DNA of 63,714 bases, filler included, from Conidiobolus incongruus B7586 (taxonomy: Eukaryota), in the NCBI GenBank assembly GCA_000697335.1. It is 20 parts of 20 records of this genome, joined end to end, with 100 filler letters (N's around TTAATTAATTAA, not from the genome) between each part and the next. Parts side by side here need not be neighbours in the genome. Positions count along the whole stretch, not along the records: positions 51,079 to 52,702 come from JNEM01004277.1; positions 52,803 to 55,450 come from JNEM01004278.1; positions 55,551 to 56,592 come from JNEM01004280.1; positions 56,693 to 57,951 come from JNEM01004285.1; positions 58,052 to 60,616 come from JNEM01004286.1; positions 60,717 to 62,268 come from JNEM01004289.1; positions 62,369 to 63,714 come from JNEM01004300.1; 13 more parts are not named here. One strand, given 5' to 3'. Positions within the stretch are counted from its first letter, which is position 1. Each line of letters begins with the position of its first letter. Under the pieces are notes generated by a model that was not told where the DNA came from, did not search any database, and worked only from the letters and a program-made list of their open reading frames with translations. Made by a program: the position numbers and the translations under genes. Shown here piece by piece: positions 51,225-63,714 of the stretch.

Positions 51225-52702
51225 TATTGACTTATAAAAATAAGTCATAGAATCAAAAAAACTTGTATTTTTACTAATATCTTAAATAATATTTAATAAA
51301 ATAAACCTAAATTAAATATTGAAAATCTATTATATCTTTTAATAATATATATTATTAAATATTTATATTTAGTTATTAATTGGATAAAATAAAACTTTTA
51401 AATATAACTTAAAATAAATTATAAATTTGTGAGGTTATGGTGATTAAAAAAATTAAAACCTAATATATATATCTTTATCTTTTTTAACTTCTTTAAGGTT
51501 ATATGGTATAGAATCAACTAATTTTTTATACTAAAAAGGGTTAATTGTATTTTATGCTTTTTAAACATATTTTTAAACCTAATTTAATTTTTTTATTAGG
51601 GGGAAAAATTTAATAGCTTTTTTAAACTAATCCCAAAGATATTTAATTAGGTTAAAATTAAAAGATTAAAAAAACTACTTTATTACTATTATTTTATTAT
51701 TTTTAAGTAATTTGGTAATAAAAGCTATAGTATAATAAGAGATATTATCATATTAGAAAATAAAATTAGATCTTTTTAACTTATATTATTCAATGGTTTT
51801 TTTTAATTCATTTTTTAGAATATTCTAATATATTTTAGTATTAATTCCCTTATTAATTTTATAAAGATATCTTACACCTAAAGATTATATATCCCTAAAT
51901 AATAACTAACCTATTATTATACTTTTAGGTAAAATTAACATAATAGTTATAAAATAGTTTTGGATCTTTTTTAAAATATTTAGCTGTTTTACTAAATCTA
52001 GTAAAATATATTTTTATTTTATTAAATTAAATAAGCTTATTTTAATTAGTTTTAATTCAATATTAATATCAATATTTAAACTCCCATTTAACTTTATAAT
52101 GTGATTCATTTAATTAAATGTGTTTTTACTTAAGATATTAGTGATATCTATGTTAACATAAAACATCTATAATAGTATCAATGTTAATTAAAATTTTTAT
52201 TTAGTTTTGTAATTCCTGTCATATTTTTGCAATAATATTATATTTGCTTATATTAATTAATAATAAATATATTTTTTTCATATTTATTTATAATTTTAAC
52301 ATACTTAAATTTAAGTTTAGATCTGTTTTTATTGTTATTCTTAATAGCTTTAACTATAGTAAACTAGCTAACACTAGTAATTTTAATAATATCATAAGTT
52401 GATTTATTTTTTTTATAAAGTTATTTAATATATAAATCAATTTTTTTAAGGGGAGATTAAAGCATAATTATAATAATAATAAAATTTTTATATTTATTAA
52501 ATATTATATAATATAATAACAAAAAGAGAAAAAAGATAAAATTATATATTATTAAATATATCCCTTTATCTCAAGAATTTGTAAATTTATAACTTACCTT
52601 AGTTAAAGATTAAGGGTTAATATTTTTACTAATAATTAACTAGATATATTTAAATATATCTATTTATTATCAAATAATATATCTTAATTATATATTATAG
52701 GT
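51225..52702 (-). mobile_element. Degenerate Tc1 (DD34E) transposon, copy 3; far end lost in gap
   Basis: AT-shifted terminus tattgacttataaaaataagtcatagaatc. Colinear with the other copies throughout. Confidence 0.9.
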
Positions 52703-52817
52703 NNNNNNNNNNNNNNNNNNNNNNNNNNNNNNNNNNNNNNNNNNNNTTAATTAATTAANNNNNNNNNNNNNNNNNNNNNNNNNNNNNNNNNNNNNNNNNN
52801 NNAAATACTTATATATA

Positions 52818-54380
52818 CACTAGTTTATAAAAGTAAGTCATAAAATTAAAATTATATATATTTTTATTAATATCTTAATCAATTCTAATTTAAATAAGCT
52901 TATATTAAATTATGTAATTAATAGATATTTTTTATTTATAATATAATATATATAGTAAAATTTAATAAATTATTAATTGATATATTAATACTAAAAATAT
53001 ACTTAAGGTAAGCTATAAATTTGTAAATTTTAGTATTAATAGAAAAATTAATATCTAGTATATCTATTTTTGCTTTTCTAACTTTTTTAAGTTTGTGGGA
53101 TATAGAGTCAGCTAGCTTCTTATATTAAACAAGACTAATATTATTCTAAGTTGCTTGAATATACTCCTAAAGTTAATCTAAATTTTTTGCTAGGGAGAAA
53201 GCTTTAATTGATTTTTTAATTGATCCCAAAGATATTCAATTGGGTTAAAATTAGGAAATTGAGGAGGTTATTTCATAATAGTTATTTTGTTATTTTTAAG
53301 CCAATTAATAATAGAATTTATAGTATAGCAAGGTGTATTATCTTGTTAGGAAATAATATTTGATTTTTTTAATCTATACCACTCAATAGTTTTTTTCAAT
53401 TTATTGTTTAGAATACTTTGATACATCTTAACATTAATTCCCCCATCAACCCTATAAAGATACCTTACATCTGAAAATAACATATATCCTTAAATTATAA
53501 TTAACCTACCATTGTATTTTTGGGTTATAATAACATAATGGTTATAAAGTAATTCTTTATCTTTTTTGAAATATCTAGCTCTTCTATTAAATTTATTAAC
53601 ATATATTTTTGTTTTATCAGACTAAATAACCTTACTCTAGTTAGTTTTGGTTCAACTTTAATATTGACATTTAAACTCCCATTTAGCTTTACAATGGGAT
53701 TTTTTTAGGTAGGGGTGTTTTTTCTTAAAGTGTAAGTGGTATCTATTCTAATATAAAATATATATAATAATATTAGTACTAACTAATATTCCTGTATAGT
53801 TTTGTAATTTTTGTTGTATTTCTAAAGTAATATTACATTTACCTGTACTAACTAATCTATAAATATACTTTTTATCATTCTTATCTATAATCCTAGTATG
53901 CTTAAGTTTTAGTTTAGATGTTTTTTTTAATAATGTTTTTAATAACCCTAACTACAATAAATTAGCTAGCACTAGTAATTCTAGCAATCTCATAAGTTGA
54001 TTTATTTTCATTATAAAGTTGATTAATATATAAGTGAACTTTTTTAGTAAGAGATTTAAACATTATAATATTAATTTTAAAATATTAGCTTAATAGTTTT
54101 ATAATATATATAATACAACAAAAAAAAGATATATATAATTTTTGTTATTTATACCCTTTTAACTTATAAACTTATAAATATATAACTCACCTTTGTTAAA
54201 TTTTAAGTTTTAATATATTAACCAATAGCTAATATAATATAATCAAATATAATTAGTTATAATCAATTAATATAGATAAATTATATATTTTAATTTAAAT
54301 TTATTTAATTACAAATTGTTTAAGATATAAGTAAATATATAAGTAATTTTGATTTTATGACTCATTTTTGCAGGCTAGTG
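52818..54380 (-). mobile_element. Full-length (1563 bp) dead Tc1 (DD34E) transposon, copy 4, with ~205-bp inverted repeats and TA target duplication
   Basis: TA|CACTAG...CAGGCTAGTG|TA. The minus strand reads QDNTPCYT...MK*PPQFPNFNPIEYLWD, with 34 residues between D and E. Confidence 0.95.
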
Positions 54381-54559
54381 TATTTCTTTATAACTTAGTT
54401 AAATATATATTATATATTGAATTTATATTTTTATAGTTCAATTAATTATATAAATAATATTGAATCATTTAAAGAATTTAGTTCTTTTACTTATTAACTT
54501 TGATTATTTTTATTTATTTTATTATTTTCTAAGATTAAGATGATATTTTATTAATATTA

Positions 54560-55450
54560 CATTAGCTTACAAAATTAAGTTATGAAGTCAAAATTATTTA
54601 TAAGTTTATCTATATTTCAAATAATTCTTAATTAAATTAATTTAAATTAAAATAAATAATTTACCTATATTAGTTGATTATAACTAACTATATTTGATTA
54701 TATTTTATTAATTATTGGTTAATATATTAAAATTGAATATTTAACAAAGGTGAGTTATATATTTATAAGTTTATAAGTTAAAAGGATATAAATAACAAAA
54801 CTTATATATATATCTTTTTTTGTTATATTATATATTATAAAACTATTAAGCTAATATTTTAAAATTATTATTATAATATTTGAATCTCTCTTTAAAAAGG
54901 TTTATATATGAATTAATCAACTCTATAACAAAAATATATTAATTTATAAGATTATTAGAATTATTAATTTAGCTAATCTATTATAATTAAGGTTATTAAG
55001 AATAATGTTAAAAAAACATCTAAATTAAAACTTAAGGATATTAAAATTATAAATAAATATAATGAAAAATGTATTTATAAATTAGTTAATATAAGTAAAT
55101 ATGATATTATTATAAAAATACAACAGAAATTATAAGACTATATAAAAATATTAGTTAATATAAATATTATTATATATGTTTTATATTAGAATAGATATTG
55201 CTTATATTTTAAAAAAACACCATTAAATAAAAAAAATACTATTATAAAGCTAAATGGGAGTTTTAATATTACCATTAAAGTTAAACAAAAATTAATTAAT
55301 ATAAGGTTATTTAATCTAATAAAACAAAGATATATTTTAATATATTTAATAAAAAAGCTAGATATTTTGAAAAAAAATAATTATTTTATAACCAATATAT
55401 TATTATGACCTAAAAATTTAATAATAGTTTAATTATAATTTAATGGTATA
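54560..55450 (+). mobile_element. Degenerate Tc1 transposon, copy 5 (5' part), head-to-head with copy 4
   Basis: Starts TA|CATTAGCTTAC and matches the reverse complement of roughly the last 900 bp of copy 4. Cut by a gap. Confidence 0.92.
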
Positions 55451-55550
55451 NNNNNNNNNNNNNNNNNNNNNNNNNNNNNNNNNNNNNNNNNNNNTTAATT
55501 AATTAANNNNNNNNNNNNNNNNNNNNNNNNNNNNNNNNNNNNNNNNNNNN

Positions 55551-55590
<40 letters not shown>

Positions 55591-55709
55591 AATATCATTT
55601 CCTATTAACTTTATATATATTTATTTATTTCAAACTAATAATATATTTGAAAAATTGGAAATTAAAAAATTTCCCATTATTTCAAATTCAAGGTAATATT
55701 ATAAAAACT

Positions 55710-56592
55710 TTATATTATAATAAATACTATTTATATCTCAAGAAAAACACCTTTAATTAAAAAAATTTTATTTCAAAATTAAATAAAAGTTTAAATATTA
55801 TTATTGAAGTTAAATTAAAACTAATTAAAATAAGGTTATTTAGTTTAATAAAATAAAAATATATTTTAATAGAATTGATAAAAAAATTAAATATTTCAAA
55901 AAAAAACAAAAAATTACTTTATCACCATTATATTATTTCAACCCAAAAATATAATAATAGGTTAACTATAGTTTAAGGATATATGTTATCTTTTAGTATA
56001 TAGTATTTTTATAAAATTAATAAGGGAATTAATATTAAAATTTATCAAAATATTCTAGGCAATATATTAAAAAAATTAAAAAATATAAATTAAATAAATT
56101 GTATATTATTTTCTAATAAGATAAGACCTTTGGTGATATTATTATTTTTTCTACCAAATTGTTTAAAAATAATAAAATAATTGTTATAAAATAGCTTTTT
56201 TAATTTATTTATTTTAATTTAAATAAATATTTTTAGGATTAATTAGAAAAAATAATTAAAACTTTTCTATTAGCAAAAAATTTAAATAAGTATTAAAAAT
56301 AAATTTAAAAAGCTTAAAACAAAATTAATCTGTCTTAATATAACAAATTAATTGACTTTATACCTTATAAACTTAAAAATGTTAAAAAGGCAAAAGATAG
56401 ATATATTAAGTTTTAATTTTCTTTTTATAACTAAAATATACAAATTTATAATTCATTTTAGGTAAAATTTAAATTTTAATATATTAACTAAATGTTAATA
56501 TAATTAAATGAAATATATTTAATTATAAATAAATAATACAAATATATTATATATTTTAATTTCAATTAATTTAATTAAGAATTAATAGTATT
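55710..56592 (+). mobile_element. Degenerate Tc1 transposon, copy 6 (3' part); start approximate
   Basis: Runs from aagaaaaacacc to the C-terminal LIDFIPYKLKNVKKAKDRY and the inner repeat. It overlaps copy 5 in element coordinates, so it is a separate copy. Confidence 0.88.
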
Positions 56593-56692
56593 NNNNNNNN
56601 NNNNNNNNNNNNNNNNNNNNNNNNNNNNNNNNNNNNTTAATTAATTAANNNNNNNNNNNNNNNNNNNNNNNNNNNNNNNNNNNNNNNNNNNN

Positions 56693-57920
56693 TTCTATAT
56701 TAAATGAATTTGAAATAAAACATATAATAAACTGATATTTTATATTTATAATTAAATATATTTAATCAAATTATATCAATTTTTATTGATATATTAAAAT
56801 TTAAATTTTACCTAAGATAAGTTATAAATTTGTGTATTTTAGTTATAAAAAGAAAATTAAAACTTGATATATTTATTTTTTGCTATTTTAACTTTGTTAA
56901 GTTTATAGGGTATAAAGTCAACTAATTTCTTATATTAAAAAAGATTAATTCTATTCTATGTTTCTTAAATATATTTTTAAAGCTTATTTAATTTTTTTAC
57001 TAATAAGAAAGCTTTAATTGTTTTTTTAACTAATCCTAAGAATATTCAATTAGATTAAAGTTAAGGGATTAAAAAAGCTATTTCAAACCATTTATTTTAT
57101 TATTTTTAAATCAATTGGTAGTAAAAATAATAAAATAACAAAAAGTATAATCTGGTTGAAAAATTATATTTAATTTGTTTAATTTATATTATTAAATATT
57201 TTTTTAATTTATTATCTTAAGTATTTTAATATATCTCAATATTATTTCCCCTATTAATTTTATAAAGATTCCTAATACTAAAAGATAATATATATCTTTA
57301 AATTATAATTAACCTATTATTATATTTTTGGGTTAAATTAACATAATGGTTATAAAGTAATTTTTTGATTTTTTTTGAAATATCTAACTTTTTTATTAAA
57401 TCTACTAAAATATATTTTTGCCTTATCAGACTAAGTAATATTATTTTAATTACTTTTAGTTTAATTCTAATAATGACATTTAAACTCTTACCTAACTTTA
57501 TAATGGGATTTTTTTAGGTAAGGATGCTTTTTCTTAAGTTTTAAGTAATATTTATTATAATATAAAATATATATAATAGTATTAATTCTAATTAATATTC
57601 CTATATAGTCTTATAATTCTTTTAATACTTTTATAATTAAATTATACTTACTTATATTAACTCACCAATAAATATATTCTTTATTATATTTTTTTATAAT
57701 TTTAGTATATTTAAGTTTAAGTTTAGATATATTTTTATTATAATTTTTAATAACCTTAACTATAATAAATTAGTTAATATTAATAATTTTAGTTATCTTA
57801 TAAGTTGATTTATTTTTATTATAAAGTTGGTTAATATATAAATAAATCTTTTTAAAAAAGGATTTAAGTATTCTAATACTAATATTATTTAAAATAAAAT
57901 TTTAAAATAATAATAATAAT
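56693..57920 (-). mobile_element. Degenerate Tc1 transposon, copy 7; ends approximate
   Basis: Colinear with copy 2, starting aattttacctaagataagttataaatttgt. Confidence 0.9.
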
Positions 57921-59289
57921 ATATATATATATATATATATTTCATAATTTANNNNNNNNNNNNNNNNNNNNNNNNNNNNNNNNNNNNNNNNNNNNTTAAT
58001 TAATTAANNNNNNNNNNNNNNNNNNNNNNNNNNNNNNNNNNNNNNNNNNNNTATAATAATATTATATATAATAATGAGAGTTTTTTTTATAATTATAAAT
58101 TTATCAAAAATATTCAAAATAAGTATTATATTTATATTCAATATAATTTAAAATAAATATATAATAGAAAATCAATAATATAATATTTTGAATTATATTA
58201 TATTAAAATTTTATAGTAATATTATATGAATTTTATTTAAATTCAATATTTTATGAATATTAAAAATTAATTCAATTATTTTTAAGTATAAAAAATTATA
58301 TACTCATATGGATATAGTCAAATTTATATGATAATACGTTTTAATTCAATTAGATTTTTTAATATATATATTTTTACTAGATATAAGATTGTATATATAA
58401 TAAACATATTCTTTTTACCTCTTATTTAATCTTATACTATTCCATACACTATTTTTGCATTTTGTATTATTATAACAAATCAAGTCATAATCAGCTATAT
58501 CCCAAATTATTATATAACATCGACCATTTTATTATTTATTTATCATATTATAACAAGATATCTTTTAATATTAATAATACTTAGTTATGAAATAAATATT
58601 TCAAAGATATTGGAATGAAATAATTATATGCTATAATAAGTATTGATGAGAATTTTTAAGAAAAATCATTGCTTTTAATTTATATAAATTTAAAATATTA
58701 AATACAAATATTATCAAGAGACTTAAAAATACTTGATTGAAAATAAATACTTTTCCAACTATAGAGTTATATATAAATTATGTCATTTACCGTTTTTTAA
58801 ATTTTGCTATCATAAATATATTTATAACTAGAATTTTTTTTATTAAAGGATTAGTCCTTAAACTAAATATTATATTTAATACTATATCTCTATTATCTAA
58901 ATAATTATCAATTTTAATTTTTATATATGTATCAATTCAGATTTGATTTAATTTTATTCTTTAAATACATTTTATTTGAATAATATAATAATAATAGTTT
59001 TGTTTTATATTATTATATTATTTCCTAATAGTTAATCATTATGATCACTATGAAATTATTAGCTCAATCTATTGATTAATAAAGATTTTGATAATATTTT
59101 ATATTAACAAATAATGAAAATTTTGAATAAAGCTATTTTATTATTTTAACAATTATATATTCTATAATTTGTATTTTCAATCTTTCCCTGTATTTGAAAG
59201 CAAAATAATTTTTTCTATTTTCTGCTATATTTAAGTTACATCATATTTGGATAACAATATATTTAAAGAAAATTTTTTCTGTTAGTTTT

Positions 59290-60060
59290 ATTATTTTTAC
59301 AAAAATAAGATTGGCAAAAGAAATTATTTGTATAAAGGAAAGCCTTGAAAAAGCTGCCCAATGTCAGCTATTATTAAAAAAAATTCACAAGTCCAAAGAT
59401 ATGTAAAAAGAAATCGCTATATATCATTAAAGGATATATTAGTGAAAAAAAATTTATTTCAGAATATATATTTTTGGAGTATAAATAATTTATGATTGGA
59501 ACAAAATTAATTATATATTCTTTTAATATTAACCTCCGAAAACAATCAAGGTTAAATATGTTAGCTCGTAACTTAAAATATAAAACTAATCCTAGGAGAT
59601 AGATATATCATTGATTTTGATTAAGTTATTGCAAACTCTCTATATCATATTTTTAAAAAAGGCCTAGTGTATAATTGAAAATCTCAAGGTTTAGTCCGAA
59701 TTTTTTGAATTCAAAAATTCTATAACTCTTACAAACTCGTATGCATTTTGACATTTTTATTCCAAACTATTATTACCACAAGAAACAAATTAATATTATA
59801 TATTTAGTATATTTTTAAAGAAAAATGTTTATTTCACCAGACCAAAAAGCTTATAGTTTATGGTAATAATATCTATCTCTATAAAACAGATATCAGGAAA
59901 AAAATTTTTAAATTAATTTGATATTTTTTATTGCCATTTTCATCATATTACTAAGATATGAAAACTTGTAATTTTAAGGATTTTGGGCTATTAAATAATC
60001 TCTAATAAAGAACGGAATATGAAATTTTAATGTTTAAGCAATATTGAATAAATCAATTAA
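59290..60060 (+). mobile_element. Mariner-like transposase relic with DD34D spacing; boundaries approximate
   Basis: In one frame, KLIVYG-N-NIYLYK...LPFSSYY*DMKTC-N-FKDFGLL matches the mariner pattern LLHxDNAxPH...LPHPPYSPDLAPCDFxLF, mostly via G>A/C>T changes. There are 34 codons between the two inferred Asp codons (59865 and 59970). Confidence 0.55.
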
Positions 60061-60716
60061 ATTATATAACAAATAAGAGATATTAATTAAGGTTAGATAA
60101 CTTTCAAAAATTTTGGAAATATATTATAATAAATATAGGAAAGTTTATTATGAAATAATTCCTAAAAAATTATTACAACATCAATATATTAATATCAACA
60201 AGATTTTTGTTAAATAAACTTGAAAATATTTAATTTATAATATAAATATACTTTAGAATTGATATAAGATAAGCAAGCAGATTACTTATCAAAATTTATA
60301 AAAATATTTTTTAAAGAAATGAAAATATTAAATAGTTAATATTACTTAATTATTAATATATTCAATTTCACAATCTATAATATCTCAAAATATAAATATA
60401 ATTTAGAAATTTTTAACTTAAAATTATTATAATTATTTTATTAGTCGGTATTATTAATAATGGAAATTTTTGCAATTTAAAATAGATAAATATTTTAATA
60501 TATAATATATAAAAATAAATATATAATATAAGTTTAATAGTTTTTTAATATTAATAACTTTTTGCTATATTTTTAATAGACTTTTAATATTTAAAAAAAC
60601 AATTCTTTTTATTAAANNNNNNNNNNNNNNNNNNNNNNNNNNNNNNNNNNNNNNNNNNNNTTAATTAATTAANNNNNNNNNNNNNNNNNNNNNNNNNNNN
60701 NNNNNNNNNNNNNNNN

Positions 60717-62268
60717 TTTTTTTTTAAATTTTTTTAAATATTTTATTAATAAATAGTTTTTAATTATAATAATAAACTATAATAATATATGCTACTTTTA
60801 TTTAATTCTTGAAGGAAAATTAATTAATAGTAAACTTTATATTGGTCTTTTAAATAAATGTATTTTTAATTAATGTTTTCAGTTTAATTTGAGAAATCTT
60901 ATTATTTTACATAATAGCTATAAAATATATAAATCTAAAGCTATAAAAAACTTTTTAATTAAGAATAACTAGAAAAAAATATTATATCTAGTATATTCTT
61001 TAGATTAAAACTTATGTGATTATAATTGCTTTAAGTAATTAAAAAACTAGCTTATAAGAAATAAAATTTTTATAAAAAAATTTAATTAATTTGTGAAATA
61101 TCAAATTTTAAGTTTTAGTAAGAAGAATTTTTATTTAAGTGTTAAAAGTTTATTAAAAATATAGCAAAAAGATATTAATAATAAAAAAACTATTAAATTT
61201 ATATTATATATTTATTTTTAATTGCAAAAAATTCCCATTATTAAATATTTAGAGTAATGAAAAAATTGCTAAAAATATTTTAATATCTCAAATAGATTAT
61301 AATAAATTTTTAAACTTACAATCAAAAAAAATAATAAAAAAAATTAATAAAAAACTCAAAAGCTATGAAAAACATAAAAAAAGCTATATTTAACTAAAAA
61401 TGAAGTTATAAAAGTCTTTAAAAACAAATTAAATCTAATATATAATTTTTTTATTATAATTGATAGAATTATGACTAAGAATTTATATTAATTTATCTAA
61501 GTTAACAAATCAATAATTGGAAATATCTAGAAAATAAGTTGAATGGATAATTATCATAATATTTTAAGAAGAATATAAATTATTAGGAATTTTATTTATT
61601 AAGAAAAGCTTAAAAAAATTTATTTTAAAATGATACTTAAATAAATTCTATAATAATAAAAAATATCTCAATATTAATATATTCAAGAGTTATAAATTAG
61701 TTAAAGTTAGTAATTGTATTTTCAAAAGGTACTTATATAAGAATTATACCTTGTTTAAAATTTATAAGCAAAAAATCTTTTAATTTTAATAAAAGAGTAA
61801 TAAATCTAAATTTTATAGGTAAAATTAAAATAATTTTTATTAGCAATTCTAACAAACTTTATTTAATACTAAAAAACGAAAAAGTTATATAATTAATATG
61901 TGAAAAATTTAAATAACTGAAAATCATTGAAGTTTTTTATTAATCATCTTAATTATTTAAAGATAAAACTAAAACTTAAACTTTATTAATTATATTTTAT
62001 TTTAGTTAAAGAAATATAAAAGCTATCCTTTTAAATTTTTATTATATAAATAAAATAAAAATTATAGCTATTATTAATTATAAAAGTAAATCTAATATAA
62101 TATATAGTTAAGTAATAAAGGATATAAATTTTTAAAAGATTAATCTTATTTATTATTTAATTAATAATTTTAAATATAGCTATAAAAATAATAGGTAAAA
62201 TAAGAGATGTTAATATTTAAATTAAAGAAATCATTATAAAAGATAAATTTTTATTAATAAATCATTTT
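60717..62268 (+). mobile_element. Probable Ty3/gypsy LTR-retrotransposon pol (integrase) relic, heavily mutated
   Basis: Fragments LVIVFSKGTYIRIIPCLK (~61707; cf. VVVDRFSKxAHFIPC) and FYR...IFISNSNKL (~61811-61859; cf. FHG...IISDRDxxF) occur in the expected order. Frameshifted and weak. Confidence 0.35.
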
Positions 62269-62368
62269 NNNNNNNNNNNNNNNNNNNNNNNNNNNNNNNN
62301 NNNNNNNNNNNNTTAATTAATTAANNNNNNNNNNNNNNNNNNNNNNNNNNNNNNNNNNNNNNNNNNNN

Positions 62369-63714
62369 AAACTATTAGCAATAATATTAACCCTTAATAT
62401 TTAACTAAAATAAATTATAAATTTATAGGTTTTTGAGATAAAGGGATATATTTAATAATATATAACTACATCTTTTTTCTTTTTTTGTTATTATTTTATA
62501 TAATATTTTACAAATATATTAAATTCTTTTTATTAGTATTATTATACTTAAATCCCTCTCTAAAAAAATCTGTTGATATAATAATTAACTTTATAAATAA
62601 GATAAATCAACTTATAATATTATTAGAATTAATAGTGTTAGCTAGTTTACTATTGTTAAAGCTATTAAAAATAACAATAAAGACATATTTAAAATTAAAC
62701 TTAAGTATGTTAAAATTATAGATTAATATAATAAAAAGTATATTTATAAGTTAGTTAATATAAGCAAATGTAATATTATTATAAAAATATAACAAGAATT
62801 ATAAAATTATATATGAATATTAGTTAGCACTAATATTATTATATATGCTTTATATTAATATAGATACCATTTATAACTTAAGAAAAAACACCCCTAACTA
62901 AAAAAATCCCATTATAAAATTAAGCAAAAGTTTAAATATTATTACTAATATTAAATAAAAATTAATTAGAGTAAGGTTATTTAATCTAATGAAATAAAAA
63001 TATACTTTAATAGATCTAATAAAAAAACTAGATATTTTAGAAAAGATACAAAATTATTTTATAACCATTATATTAATTTTACCTAAAAGTATAATAATAG
63101 GTTAATTATTATTTAGGGGTATATATTATCTTTAGATATAAAATATCTTTGTAAAATTAATAGGGGAATTAATAATAAAATATATTAATGTATTCTAAAT
63201 AATAAATTGAAAAAAAACATTGAATAATATAAGTTAAACAAATCTAATATTATTTTTTAGTTAGATAATACATTTTACTATATTATAACTTTTATTATCA
63301 AATAACTTAAAAATAACAAGATAATAGTTATAAAGTAGATTCTTTAATTTTTTAATCTTAACTTAATTAAATATCTTTAAAATTAGTTAATAGAGCTATT
63401 AAAGTTTTCCCCCTAGCAAATAATTTAAATTAGCTTTAAAAATATATTTAAGAAGCATAGAACAAAATTAAACCTTCTTAATATAAGAAGTTAGTTAATT
63501 CTATACCCCAAAAACTTAAAAAAGTTAAAAAAGCTAATGATAGATATATTAAGTTTTAATTTTTTTTATCACCAAAAACTTATAAATTTATAACTTATTT
63601 TAGGTAAAATTTAAGGGTTAATATTTTAACTAATTAATAACTAAATATCATCATTTAATGATATATATTATTAATAAATATAATAGATTTTAATTATTTA
63701 ATTTAGGTTTATTT
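62369..63714 (+). mobile_element. Degenerate Tc1 transposon, copy 8; cut by a gap and the window end
   Basis: Colinear with copy 1 and with the reverse complement of copy 3 (ttttttatcac variant near the 3' end). Confidence 0.92.

Noticed and set aside
55551..55700. Resemblance of this segment to 21149-21270, suggesting another element end
   Set aside because: The similarity is between extremely AT-rich sequences and could be chance.
1876..62368. Regularly recurring palindrome TTAATTAATTAA as a CRISPR-like or biological repeat
   Set aside because: It is always centred in N44 flanks, so it is an artificial six-frame-stop linker.

Overview
This is eukaryotic, very AT-rich DNA with short GT-AG introns. 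It is most consistent with an early-diverging fungus, and a Conidiobolus/Entomophthoromycotina-like origin is my inference only. The window is 20 contig pieces joined by 19 identical artificial 100-bp linkers (N44-TTAATTAATTAA-N44), so adjacency across a linker is not guaranteed. Genes: a secreted S1A serine protease with a 13-aa repeat tail, a Rho4-type GTPase, an alpha-arrestin-like gene with a tandem pseudogene, tRNA-Lys(CTT), a tRNA-Ile pseudogene, a PAS+GATA White Collar-2-like factor, a 2OG-Fe(II) dioxygenase, an O-fucosyltransferase-family protein, EPL1, a gap-truncated S28 peptidase, and a 5-exon CRIPT homologue missed by the ORF track. Repeats: eight dead copies of one ~1.56-kb DD34E Tc1 transposon with ~205-bp IR/DR-type ends, a DD34D-spaced mariner-like relic, a probable Ty3/gypsy integrase relic, and three pairs of short solo-LTR-like repeats. 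The strongest signal is that the Tc1 copies are saturated with independent C>T/G>A transitions while single-copy genes are not. This looks like a RIP-like, repeat-targeted hypermutation system in what appears to be a non-Dikarya fungus.
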